A stretch of DNA of 64,000 nucleotides from Nitrospirota bacterium (GTDB lineage: Bacteria; Nitrospirota; UBA9217): NCBI GenBank assembly GCA_963840455.1, contig CAWIYV010000007.1, positions 416,001 through 480,000 of the forward strand, given 5' to 3'. Below are positions 20,700 to 28,798 of the stretch, in pieces. The position numbers and the translations under genes were made by a program. The notes under the pieces are model-generated. The model was not told the origin of the DNA. It was given only the letters and a program-made list of their open reading frames with translations, and searched no databases. Every line of letters begins with the position of its first letter. Position 1 is the stretch's first letter.

Positions 20700-21728
20700 A
20701 TGATGCAATCTTTCATGCCAATACACTTCCGTGGCCTCCAGATCGATCCTCCGCTCATTCTGGCGCCCATGGCTGGCCTTACGCACACAGCACTCCGTCA
20801 GGTCATCTCCAGTTTCGGAGGGATCGGCCTGTTATCAACGGAAATGCTCTCGGCAAAACGGCTGCCCACGGAAAACCCCGCCATCTCGCCGTACCTGATC
20901 AGGACCGCCTCGGAAAAGCCGCTTTCCTATCAGCTCCTGACCTCCATGGCAGGCGAGATCGCTCGTGCCATCGACGTGCTTCATGCCGTGCATGCGGATG
21001 CTATTGACCTCAATATGGGCTGCCCTGCCCCTGCCGTTGGAAAGTTCGGCGCCGGCTTCAGCCTGATGGAGCAACCGGAGAATGTCCGGCTGATCGTGGC
21101 AGAGGCGCGGAAGCGGACCTCGCTGCCCCTTACCGCGAAGATCCGGCTCGGCACCGAGCTCGACGAGCAGAGATTAAGGTCCTTCTGTACCATGCTCGAA
21201 GGCGAAGGCATTGACATGCTCTCGGTCCATGCCCGACTTAAACATGAGTCCTTTGCCAGAAGGCCGCGATGGGAACATATTGCCGGGATCAAAGAGCGGC
21301 TCAAGATCCCGGTCATTGCCAACGGCGGGATATTCTCAGTCCAGGATGCAAAAGACTGCCTGGCTGTATCGGGCGCAGACGGTCTGATGCTCGGTCGGGG
21401 TGCAGTAATACGTCCCTGGCTCTTTGCCGAGATCGCTCGGGAACTGTACGGCAGCGGCATTGCAGAACCGGCGGTCTCTTTGCCGGCAGTGTTTGGCAGA
21501 TTTCTCGACCTGCTGAACGGACATTTCCGGCCTGAACGCCGGCTCGGCAGGCTGAAGCAGTTCACTACATATTTTGCCCGGAACTATGCATTCGGCCATC
21601 ACCTGGCAACGAAGATCCAGACCAGCAACAGCGTGGAGGAAGCGCGGGAACAGGCCAACCAGTTCTTCACAAAGGCGCACAATATAACCACCGTGGTCAC
21701 AGCGTGTACAGAGAAAAGCTTGCTGTAA
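20700..21728 (+). CDS. tRNA-dihydrouridine synthase family protein
   Basis: LAPMAG, DLNMGCP, KIRLG, VHAR, IANGGI, MLGRG. Confidence 0.9.
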   Translation: MMQSFMPIHFRGLQIDPPLILAPMAGLTHTALRQVISSFGGIGLLSTEMLSAKRLPTENPAISPYLIRTASEKPLSYQLLTSMAGEIARAIDVLHAVHADAIDLNMGCPAPAVGKFGAGFSLMEQPENVRLIVAEARKRTSLPLTAKIRLGTELDEQRLRSFCTMLEGEGIDMLSVHARLKHESFARRPRWEHIAGIKERLKIPVIANGGIFSVQDAKDCLAVSGADGLMLGRGAVIRPWLFAEIARELYGSGIAEPAVSLPAVFGRFLDLLNGHFRPERRLGRLKQFTTYFARNYAFGHHLATKIQTSNSVEEAREQANQFFTKAHNITTVVTACTEKSLL

Positions 21729-21845
21729 TTTCATAACAACAATGTCTTGATCTTTGTTACCTCGGTGATCTCTGTGTCCTCTGCGGCGATAAGGTCATTG
21801 GTGCGAGCGCGTTACCCGCAGCTTGCAGCAGGGAGATCGAATACT

Positions 21846-22874
21846 ATGAAAGCCATGGTGCTCGGGAAGATCACGGACCTCGCGAACAACACATCGCCGC
21901 TTGAACTGGTCGATCTGCCGATCCCGGTCCCCCGGGACAACGAGGTCCTCGTGAAGGTCTCGGCCTGCGGCGTCTGCCACACCGAGCTGGACGAGATCGA
22001 GGGGAGGACGCCGCCTTCGAAGTTCCCAGTCATCCCTGGTCATCAGGTCGTGGGCCGTGTCGTGGGCCGCGGCAGCTCGACGGCAAGGTTCAAGGACGAC
22101 GAGCGGGTAGGGATCGCCTGGATCCATTCCGCCTGCGGGAAATGCGCATTCTGCCTGACCGGGAGGGAGAACCTCTGCAGCGATTTCAGGGCAACGGGAA
22201 GGGATGTGGACGGAGGGTACGCGGAATATACGACGGTCCCGGAAGCGTTTGCTTACCGGATCCCCGGGGTGTTCTCCGACGCGGAAGCAGCGCCGCTCTT
22301 GTGCGCCGGGGCCATCGGCTTTCGCTCGCTGCGTTTGGCAAACCTGAAGGACGGAGAAAACATCGGGTTGACCGGCTTCGGAGCCTCGGCCCATCTCGTG
22401 CTGAAGATGGTGCGGCACCGGTATCCCGGCTCGAACATCTCCGTCTTCTCCCGCACGGCAGGGGAGCGTGCGTTCGCAAAGGAGCTTGGTGCTGTCTGGG
22501 CAGGCGATACCGGGGACGATCCGCCGGAAAAACTGCATGCCATCATCGACACGACCCCTGCATGGAAGCCTGTTGTTGACGCATTGCGAAATCTTGAAAG
22601 GGGCGGGAGGCTGGTCATCAACGCCATTCGCAAGGTGGACACGGACAAAGACGCCCTGCTCGTGCTCCACTATGCCCGCGATCTCTGGATGGAAAAGGAG
22701 ATCAAGAGCGTGGCGAACATCACGCGGAGCGACGTGGAGAGCTTTCTGCAGATGGCGGCGGACATCCCGATCAGGCCCGACGTGCAGGAGTATCCGCTCG
22801 CCGATGCCAACGTTGCACTCCTTGAACTGAAGGAGCGAAAGATCCGCGGCGCGAAGGTGCTTACGATAGGGTGA
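21846..22874 (+). CDS. Zinc-dependent alcohol dehydrogenase family protein
   Basis: CGVCHTE, PGHQVVG, CGKCAFC..LC, LLCAG. Start at ATG 21846 after GGGAG. Confidence 0.9.
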   Translation: MKAMVLGKITDLANNTSPLELVDLPIPVPRDNEVLVKVSACGVCHTELDEIEGRTPPSKFPVIPGHQVVGRVVGRGSSTARFKDDERVGIAWIHSACGKCAFCLTGRENLCSDFRATGRDVDGGYAEYTTVPEAFAYRIPGVFSDAEAAPLLCAGAIGFRSLRLANLKDGENIGLTGFGASAHLVLKMVRHRYPGSNISVFSRTAGERAFAKELGAVWAGDTGDDPPEKLHAIIDTTPAWKPVVDALRNLERGGRLVINAIRKVDTDKDALLVLHYARDLWMEKEIKSVANITRSDVESFLQMAADIPIRPDVQEYPLADANVALLELKERKIRGAKVLTIG

Positions 22875-23077
22875 CGATCGTCGCCCGGGTACACAAGCGG
22901 AAGCGCTCCCGGGATACTGCGGGCAACATCGTCAATCCCGCGGGAATTACCCCTTCCTATTACTCCCTAGAATAACCCGACCCTAATCTACGTATCGTCT
23001 TTCCTCCATGGATCGTCTGTTGATCCTGTCAAAGAGTATTTTGTTCATGCATATCCGGAAGATGATAGTGATGCCTA

Positions 23078-24391
23078 TCACACCTTGATATGCAGCATCG
23101 GCAGTCCCAGCCGCTGCCGCTTGTTCTCCCCCTTGAACAGATCAGCCTTCCGCACCGGCACATCGCCCCGTTCTCCCTCGTGCTGCGCCTGCAGCTTCGT
23201 CGGCAGGCTGGCCCCGTGCTGGACCGCGTGCTTGCCGTACTTCCGGGAGAGCTCGTCGATGCTCTCGTAGATCTTCGCCATCTTCTCGATCTTCGTTGTG
23301 TCCTCGAAGAGCCCGTACTGGACGCCGCTCTCCGCCACCAGGCCGGACAGGACGACGCCGGTCTGGCGGTAGGGGGTATGGGCCAAGTACAGGCCACGGA
23401 ACCCCTCGCGCAGCATTGTGAACAGTTCGGACGGGAATGCCGTGGGGCGGCTCAACTTCAGTTCAACGCCGGTGCTCCGGTAGTCCTGCTGCCGGAGGAA
23501 GATGATCACCCTTTTGGCAACCAGGTGGTAGCGCCGTGCTTTGATGCAGGCGTTCTCCAAGTTCTTGGAGAGCTGTGCAAAGACAAAGGTCTCGTCCGTA
23601 GAGGGAGGGGTGAAGGTCTTTGCCTTGCTGATGGACTGGTAGGCGCTCTTGGTCTCCGTCGTGACCGGGTAGACGCTCCTGCCGTTCAGTTCGTGCCAGA
23701 TCTCCTGGTAGGGTTTGGAAAGGTACCTTGTCACGAACGCCTCGTCCTTCAGTGCGAACTCCAGGGCGGTCCTGATGCCGTGCTTGCCCAGGTAAGCCGC
23801 TGTGTTCGGGCCGATACCCCAGACCTTCTCCACGGGCAGCTTCCCGAGGAAGAGATGGATGTCCCTGCCGGGGATCAGCGTGATGCCGTGGGGCTTCTTG
23901 TGCTTCGATCCGATCTTTGCCAGGACCTTCGAGAGGCTTACCCCGACGGATACTGACAGCCCCAGCTCCTGCTCGATGGCTTCCTGCATCTTCAGTGCAA
24001 TCGTCCCGTAGGGGCCGTGAAATGTCCTCCTGAGGCCGGTCAGGTCCACGAAGGCTTCGTCGATGGAGTATTCCTCAACGTCCGGCGAAAAGCGTCTTAA
24101 TATTTCGAACATGCGCACCGAAAAGAGGCTGTAGGTCTCGTAGTCCGACGGGAGGATGACGGCGTCGGGGCAGAGCTTTTTCACGTCCGAGAGGCGCACT
24201 CCGCGCTGCACGCCGCGCGCCTTGGCCTCGTAGCTCGCCGCGGCCACGATGCCGCGCTCCTTGCCGGTGATGACCGGCCTGCCGCGCAGCTCCGGGTGGA
24301 TGGCCTGCTCGCAGGAGGCGAAGAAGGCGTCGGCGTCCAGGTGGAGGATGGCGCGGGGCCAGGAGGAGATGATGAGGGGTTGGTTGGACAT
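23078..24391 (-). CDS. dinB: Y-family DNA polymerase IV
   Basis: HLDADAFFASCE, AASYEAK, YSIDEAF, WGIG, clamp motif QYGLF. Confidence 0.92.
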   Translation of the reverse strand: MSNQPLIISSWPRAILHLDADAFFASCEQAIHPELRGRPVITGKERGIVAAASYEAKARGVQRGVRLSDVKKLCPDAVILPSDYETYSLFSVRMFEILRRFSPDVEEYSIDEAFVDLTGLRRTFHGPYGTIALKMQEAIEQELGLSVSVGVSLSKVLAKIGSKHKKPHGITLIPGRDIHLFLGKLPVEKVWGIGPNTAAYLGKHGIRTALEFALKDEAFVTRYLSKPYQEIWHELNGRSVYPVTTETKSAYQSISKAKTFTPPSTDETFVFAQLSKNLENACIKARRYHLVAKRVIIFLRQQDYRSTGVELKLSRPTAFPSELFTMLREGFRGLYLAHTPYRQTGVVLSGLVAESGVQYGLFEDTTKIEKMAKIYESIDELSRKYGKHAVQHGASLPTKLQAQHEGERGDVPVRKADLFKGENKRQRLGLPMLHIKV

Positions 24392-24450
24392 AAGGTAAAA
24401 CCCGACACGGAGACGGGGGACGCGGATTTACGCGGATCAATACAAGGGAC

Positions 24451-24510
24451 AGGGAACACGCGCCTGACGCGCTGCCTTTGGCGCGTCGCTGTGGACCCGC
24501 CTTGTTAGAA
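24451..24510 (-). mobile_element. attC-like site 2 (60 bp, distal arm degenerate)
   Basis: TTCTAAC AAGGCGGGTCCACAGCGACGCGCCAAAGGCAGCGCGTCAGGCGCGT GTTCCCT. The 5' two-thirds closely match attC1. Confidence 0.65.
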
Positions 24511-24548
24511 TTCTCATTGGGTTTTATGTAGTCCCAGTGATACAGGAC

Positions 24549-25025
24549 CTACAACGGGACAACGCCGCGTGATGTGATATTGTATTTGTGAATTGATTTT
24601 ATGCTGTGCTTGTTGAGATCGTGATCAACTTGAATTTCTAATGTCGTCCCAGTCCAACGGCACGAGAGGTAGATCTGGCCTTTATAGTTCAATTCGATTG
24701 GAGATAGGAGCTTCTTTTTTGATAGATCAAGGATGTTAACTCTAGATTTGCATCCATCATCTGCGCAATAAGGCAGTGCAATCAGATTATGTTCCAGGTT
24801 TAGAAGGGGCTGACCCGCGGCATCATTCTTACCCAAAGTGATTAATGTGCTTCCAATTTTGATTTGATAGACTGTATCCCGACCTTCATAAACACCCGTC
24901 CAGTACATTACGATCTTGTCTCCGCTCGGAAGTACTTCTTGAGTGGTCCATGTTCGATCAGCGGCATAAGATAATGCCACTACGTTAGCGAATACAAGAA
25001 CCGTCAGAATAGTTTGTTTAATCAT
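24549..25025 (-). CDS. Cassette gene 2: exported hypothetical protein
   Basis: Low GC, signal peptide, YCADDGC. Begins ~16 nt after the attC1 R' with RBS AAGGTGG; alternative start 25031. Confidence 0.65.
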   Translation of the reverse strand: MIKQTILTVLVFANVVALSYAADRTWTTQEVLPSGDKIVMYWTGVYEGRDTVYQIKIGSTLITLGKNDAAGQPLLNLEHNLIALPYCADDGCKSRVNILDLSKKKLLSPIELNYKGQIYLSCRWTGTTLEIQVDHDLNKHSIKSIHKYNITSRGVVPL

Positions 25026-25040
25026 ATTCATCCACCTTGG

Positions 25041-25100
25041 GACTAACACGCCGGTCACGCGCCGCCCCTTGGCGCGACGCTGTGGACCGGCTTGTTGTCG
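25041..25100 (-). mobile_element. Integron attC site 1 (60 bp)
   Basis: R'' CGACAAC ... R' GTTAGTC. GCCGGT/ACCGGC stem; the bottom strand has extrahelical G and T on one arm. Lies 12 nt after the cassette 1 stop. Confidence 0.8.
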
Positions 25101-25112
25101 TATTTCTTTCGG

Positions 25113-25541
25113 TTATGGCGTGATAGAGTACTTGCCGTTTACATCAGAGGCGATAACACCATCAGGCGAATGAACCCAAAATAGGTTCAGATGTAAATAT
25201 TTATTTTCCGCATCGATCCAAGCATATCCTAAGTCCCAATGATGCATATTGGTCTTTATATCTTCAATCGAATAATAATAGCCTTTTTGATTGCGATAAG
25301 ACCAGTCACGCCCTTTGCCAGATAAGCTGATTTTAAAGTGAAGGGTTTCTTTTGGGAAGGTACCTTCAGGTGTTATCAATTGCCAATGAAGTTTTTGAGT
25401 AGTTACGTTGAGTAGGTATCCGCCATCGGGTTGAGGTGATATGGAATAATCTTTATTAATTGTACTTCCTAAGCCGAACACGGAAAGATACACAACGAAT
25501 AACACGGCAAGGCCAATCAGCAAATGTTTTCGCTTTACCAT
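25113..25541 (-). CDS. Cassette gene 1: membrane-anchored hypothetical protein
   Basis: Low GC, N-terminal TM helix, AGGAG RBS, followed directly by attC1. Confidence 0.7.
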   Translation of the reverse strand: MVKRKHLLIGLAVLFVVYLSVFGLGSTINKDYSISPQPDGGYLLNVTTQKLHWQLITPEGTFPKETLHFKISLSGKGRDWSYRNQKGYYYSIEDIKTNMHHWDLGYAWIDAENKYLHLNLFWVHSPDGVIASDVNGKYSITP

Positions 25542-25590
25542 AGCTCTCCTGCAAGATTTCGAATGATAAATCCGACGCTAAAGTTTTTTA

Positions 25591-25615
25591 CCAGATAACA
25601 AGATGTTATCGGAAC
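25591..25615 (-). mobile_element. attI-like or dif-like tyrosine-recombinase core site
   Basis: CGATAAC-ATCTT-GTTATCT (AAC-N5-GTT), immediately upstream of cassette 1. Confidence 0.55.
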
Positions 25616-25621
25616 GGAAAC

Positions 25622-25708
25622 CGTCATCTACATATATATACAACTATCTATCGGTATATGGATCCATCTACCAGTAGATGACGAACTGCCATATACCGGT
25701 AGATGGTT
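25622..25708. repeat. Interleaved inverted repeats built on an ATCTAC motif
   Basis: 25622-31/25674-83 (10/10), 25642-61/25689-708 (18/20), CATCTAC-CA-GTAGATG at 25665-80. Confidence 0.75.
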
Positions 25709-25723
25709 TTTCAGTTGTTAATG

Positions 25724-26074
25724 TCATTCGGAATCATCTACCTGTATATGCTTTTCCAAAGGTGTACCGCCAATCTTTCCGTATTTCACAAACCATAGTT
25801 TCTTCTCCGGGTCCCACCACCCGCCCGCTGCTTTGGCATGCAATCGTGACGGCATGTCGAAAGCGTCGATGTGCAGAGGCACAAGCGTGTCGACCGCAAA
25901 TCGTGGTGGAGGAGGGGTCCAGTCAGTCCTTTCCACGATCAACTCGACAGTCTTCAACCGCTGCCGCGACTCCTTGTCATACTTGAAACGAACGCAGAGC
26001 AGGGCATCGCCGTACTGTTCCACGAGCCTTTTGGTCCCAGGCTGCCCCGGTTTGAGAATCAATCGCGTTTTCAT
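25724..26074 (-). CDS. Hypothetical protein; C-terminus DUF5710-like (AKAAGGWWDPEKKLW)
   Basis: MKTRLILKPGQPGTKRLVEQYGDALLCVRFKYD..KTVELIVE; coherent 116-aa ORF. Confidence 0.7.
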   Translation of the reverse strand: MKTRLILKPGQPGTKRLVEQYGDALLCVRFKYDKESRQRLKTVELIVERTDWTPPPPRFAVDTLVPLHIDAFDMPSRLHAKAAGGWWDPEKKLWFVKYGKIGGTPLEKHIQVDDSE

Positions 26075-26096
26075 TGGACGTTTTGAACAATTCCAG

Positions 26097-26336
26097 CTAA
26101 GCGCTCTTTTGATGGTGAGAGGTATACCAGTCGACAAGCTGGCGTATCATTTTTTGATACGAGGTGTGATGTTTCTTGGCCTCTTTCTTAAAGAACTCCA
26201 CACTCGACTTTTTCAGGGCGATAGTCACCTTGATATTGTCTTCTTTAAGAACAAGTTGCTCAGGCGGCGGAAGAAAGTCATCGATCACTTTCAGTTTTCC
26301 AATCGGCTCATCCGAATATTTAATTTTGCTCTTCAT
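26097..26336 (-). CDS. BrnA/CopG-like RHH antitoxin
   Basis: DFLPPPEQL..KVTIAL..VEFFK..YQKMIR; overlaps the toxin stop. Confidence 0.8.
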   Translation of the reverse strand: MKSKIKYSDEPIGKLKVIDDFLPPPEQLVLKEDNIKVTIALKKSSVEFFKKEAKKHHTSYQKMIRQLVDWYTSHHQKSA

Positions 26337-26598
26337 ATATTTTCTTTCCTTTCCTCCAATATCCCGCACCGTAAATGCGGATAGTCTCTCCTCGAAAGGT
26401 GAACCGTACCGTTATGATGCCTTCGCCGACGCGGCCGATACAATAATATCGATCTTCTTCCGTGCTATGCTCGATATCCTCAACGATGATGCGATGAGGA
26501 TCAAGAAAGGCCTGCTGGGCAAGCGAGAGGGGCATCCCATGTTTCTTCTGGTTCTCTTTGTCTTTTTCCGCATCCCACTCAAAACGGATTTTCTTCAC
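26320..26598 (-). CDS. brnT: BrnT-family ribonuclease toxin
   Basis: FEWDAEKDKENQKKHG, HSTEEDRY, IRIYGA; GTG start. Confidence 0.85.
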   Translation of the reverse strand: MKKIRFEWDAEKDKENQKKHGMPLSLAQQAFLDPHRIIVEDIEHSTEEDRYYCIGRVGEGIITVRFTFRGETIRIYGAGYWRKGKKIYEEQN

Positions 26599-26688
26599 TG
26601 GGGCCACCTTACCACAAAGCATTTAATTGGGCAATATAAATATATGGCAAATTATATGGAATTAGGGGCGATACTTTCACATTGACGG

Positions 26689-27282
26689 TCACTTGTATTT
26701 TCTCACCACCGCCGTCACGACGCCGGCTACTTTAAGCTCGTTCTTAGGCTTGATGGGCTGGTACTTGGGATTGGCGGGGACGAGGGTGACGGTGTCGCCG
26801 CGCTTGCGGAGATATTTCATGGTCCACTCTCCGTCCACCTGGGCGATGACGATGTCGCCGCTTTTCGGCGTCTGGCCCTTGTCCACAATGACCATGTCGC
26901 CGGGCAGGATGCCCGCGCCGGACATGGAGTCGCCGGATACTTTTAAGAGAAAGGTGGCCTCGCGGTTCTGGATGAGGAAATCGTCGAGCGAGAGGGTGTC
27001 CACCAGCTCTTCCTCGGCAGGAGAGGGGAATCCGGCCTCGACCGTGCCGAGCACCTTGACGGGCTTTGCGATCGCCAGGGGCAGCAGCCTGCCTTTCTTG
27101 TCCCGTTCTATGACTCTGAGCTTCTCAAGCTTGCCGATGAACTTGAAGACCGCGTTCTTCGACCTGAGGCCGGTCAGATCGCCGATCTCGGAGTAGCTCG
27201 GCATCCTGCCGCTGCTTTTGAAGAACTTCCTGATCTCCTGGATGCGGGACTGGACGGTCGCGTCTTTTAGTGTTCGTGGCAT
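26689..27282 (-). CDS. lexA: LexA/UmuD-family S24 self-cleaving repressor
   Basis: N-terminal HTH (RMPSYSEI), cleavage site EAGFPSPA, catalytic Ser (GDSM) and Lys (TMKY). Confidence 0.85.
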   Translation of the reverse strand: MPRTLKDATVQSRIQEIRKFFKSSGRMPSYSEIGDLTGLRSKNAVFKFIGKLEKLRVIERDKKGRLLPLAIAKPVKVLGTVEAGFPSPAEEELVDTLSLDDFLIQNREATFLLKVSGDSMSGAGILPGDMVIVDKGQTPKSGDIVIAQVDGEWTMKYLRKRGDTVTLVPANPKYQPIKPKNELKVAGVVTAVVRKYK

Positions 27283-27288
27283 GGGAAT

Positions 27289-27318
27289 ATTATAAGTGAA
27301 CGAACGTTCACTTGTCAA
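27289..27318 (-). promoter_or_regulatory. TTGACA-N18-TATAAT promoter whose spacer is a palindromic operator (GAAC-N4-GTTC)
   Basis: Plus strand reads AAGTGAACG-AA-CGTTCACTT; the -10 lies 6 nt from the lexA ATG. Confidence 0.85.
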
Positions 27319-27355
27319 GGAAGGAGTTGCCTGCGGGGACCCAGCGGAAATAACA

Positions 27356-27386
27356 AAAAGGGGCCAGTCTCTTCGAATGGCCCCTT
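27356..27386 (-). terminator. Intrinsic terminator after the tRNA 3' duplicate
   Basis: AAGGGGCCA..TGGCCCCTT followed by a T-run on the minus strand. Confidence 0.6.
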
Positions 27387-27395
27387 AATTCGTTA

Positions 27396-27440
27396 TGGAG
27401 CGGGTGGCGGGACTCGAATCCGTGACCTCAACCTTGGCAA
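27396..27440 (-). mobile_element. att site: 45-bp duplicate of the tRNA-Gly 3' end
   Basis: 44/45 identical to 28507-28551; begins in the anticodon loop. Confidence 0.9.
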
Positions 27441-27533
27441 ATCAACAATTTGTATATGTGTTCGGAAAAAAGATATGATGTTGCGGCAGCGGCACTTATT
27501 GATAAGCATCCAGAAAAGGCAGAGGTGGTGAAA

Positions 27534-27983
27534 CTATTGTTCGTCGGCAATCCTGTATTTCTTTTTTAAGACTTGCGTTACGCGTGTTGCGTCGTATATT
27601 AAGCCATCGCCTTCCGGTTTTTCTTTGAAACAGAGAATTGTATTCGACGCACTTGGCATAGAAATATCATATGTTTCACCGCCAGGCGTGGTCGTTATCT
27701 GGGACGGCGTAGTATATGCGGAAACTGATGAGTCTTTAACGGATTTAACAATGACAAAATATCTGAATCCATTTTGAAGAGTCAATTCCGCTGAGCGGAG
27801 GAGAGCAAAATCGGATTCTATTTCATGGCCTGTATAACTATTTCCCCGAAAACTTACTTGGAATATATTGTCGCCAAGTTGACTTTCAGAATATCCACCG
27901 GTGAAACCTTCCGGTTGATACTTCGTTGCAGCACAGCCCATAAGAAAGATAACCAATGCAAAGAGAATGAGGAATATTCGCAT
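27534..27983 (-). CDS. Lipoprotein (CC0125/CC1285-like)
   Basis: LMGC lipobox, GGYSESQL, FRGN, ALLRSAELTLQNGFRYF. Confidence 0.7.
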   Translation of the reverse strand: MRIFLILFALVIFLMGCAATKYQPEGFTGGYSESQLGDNIFQVSFRGNSYTGHEIESDFALLRSAELTLQNGFRYFVIVKSVKDSSVSAYTTPSQITTTPGGETYDISMPSASNTILCFKEKPEGDGLIYDATRVTQVLKKKYRIADEQ

Positions 27984-28249
27984 AAATTACCCCCCCCTTA
28001 ATGAAATATTATCATAAAGCATCGCGAAAGGTTTAGATATGTGGAGTACCGACGCGGCACGGAGAAAGCACGGACAAGACACGGACGCGGGGACTTGGGG
28101 ATAGGAAATATAAGCCCTTCTACGGGGGCGTTATGAGGTCTTATAGGTCCGGCGTGTTTTAAGGGCCTGAAATTGCCATTGACCTGTTTAGGAGAAAAGA
28201 ACCATGAAAAACAAGAAGACACCGGAGACGGTGATAGGGAATGCTGTGA

Positions 28250-28420
28250 GTCTATTGGCTGGTCATGAAGGGCGTCGATCTGGCAACGGTCAAGGAACTC
28301 CTGGGTCATGCAGATATCAAGATGACTTTGCGCTACGCATATCTGGCATTGGCGCATAAGAAAAAAGCCATCGATATACTTCGGAGGGAAGATCAGGATG
28401 GCAGCGGTGAAGCAGTCTGA
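28250..28420 (+). pseudogene. Tyrosine integrase C-terminal remnant
   Basis: Manual translation YWLVMKGVDLATVKELLGHADIKMTLRYAYL (LLGH...Y box); in-frame stop immediately upstream. Confidence 0.85.
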
Positions 28421-28469
28421 ACAGTTGCGAAATGCTGATACTGCACAATTTACATCACAGTCCAAAGAA

Positions 28470-28499
28470 AAAGGGTTATCCGTTACGGATAACCCCTTG
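28470..28499 (-). terminator. Terminator after tRNA-Gly
   Basis: GGGTTATCCGT-T-ACGGATAACCC plus a T-tract. Confidence 0.7.
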
Positions 28500-28506
28500 A
28501 TAATAA

Positions 28507-28582
28507 TGGAGCGGGTGGCGGGACTCGAACCCGTGACCTCAACCTTGGCAAGGTCGCGCTCTACCAACTGAGCTACACCCGC
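28507..28582 (-). tRNA. tRNA-Gly(GCC)
   Basis: GCGGGTGTAGCTCAGTTGGTAGAGCGCGACCTTGCCAAGGTTGAGGTCACGGGTTCGAGTCCCGCCACCCGCTCCA. Confidence 0.95.
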
Positions 28583-28718
28583 GCTCTTTTTGAGCAGGGA
28601 CAAATATAACAAAACCGGTCTTATCTTGTCAACAGAAAAGTAGTTCCATCGCGACATAACTGACGCAGGCACCGTACTTTTTTCGCCGCAGCCATACCGC
28701 GCTGCGGGTTTTGAGGTG

Positions 28719-28747
28719 TTGACTCTCCCGGTCCAGTGTGGTATTTA
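28719..28747 (+). promoter_or_regulatory. Probable htpX promoter TTGACT-N17-(TG)TATTTA
   Basis: Direct read. Confidence 0.45.
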
Positions 28748-28798
28748 TACAAGTGTTCAAACAGCCGTTATTCCGATCCAGGAGGTAGGAAAAGCAGT

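Noticed and set aside
24451-25100. CRISPR array
   Set aside because: Only two 60-bp repeats separated by a whole gene and no cas genes; fits attC. No CRISPR array was seen in the window.
27396-27440. Second tRNA-Gly
   Set aside because: Lacks the 5' acceptor strand and D-arm; it is an att duplicate.
28250-28420. Integrase stub as the missing intI
   Set aside because: Only the C-terminal box survives and it lies inside the tRNA att-bounded islet; more likely a phage or island integrase.
27998-28672. 224-aa minus-strand ORF
   Set aside because: Runs through tRNA-Gly and antisense to the integrase stub.
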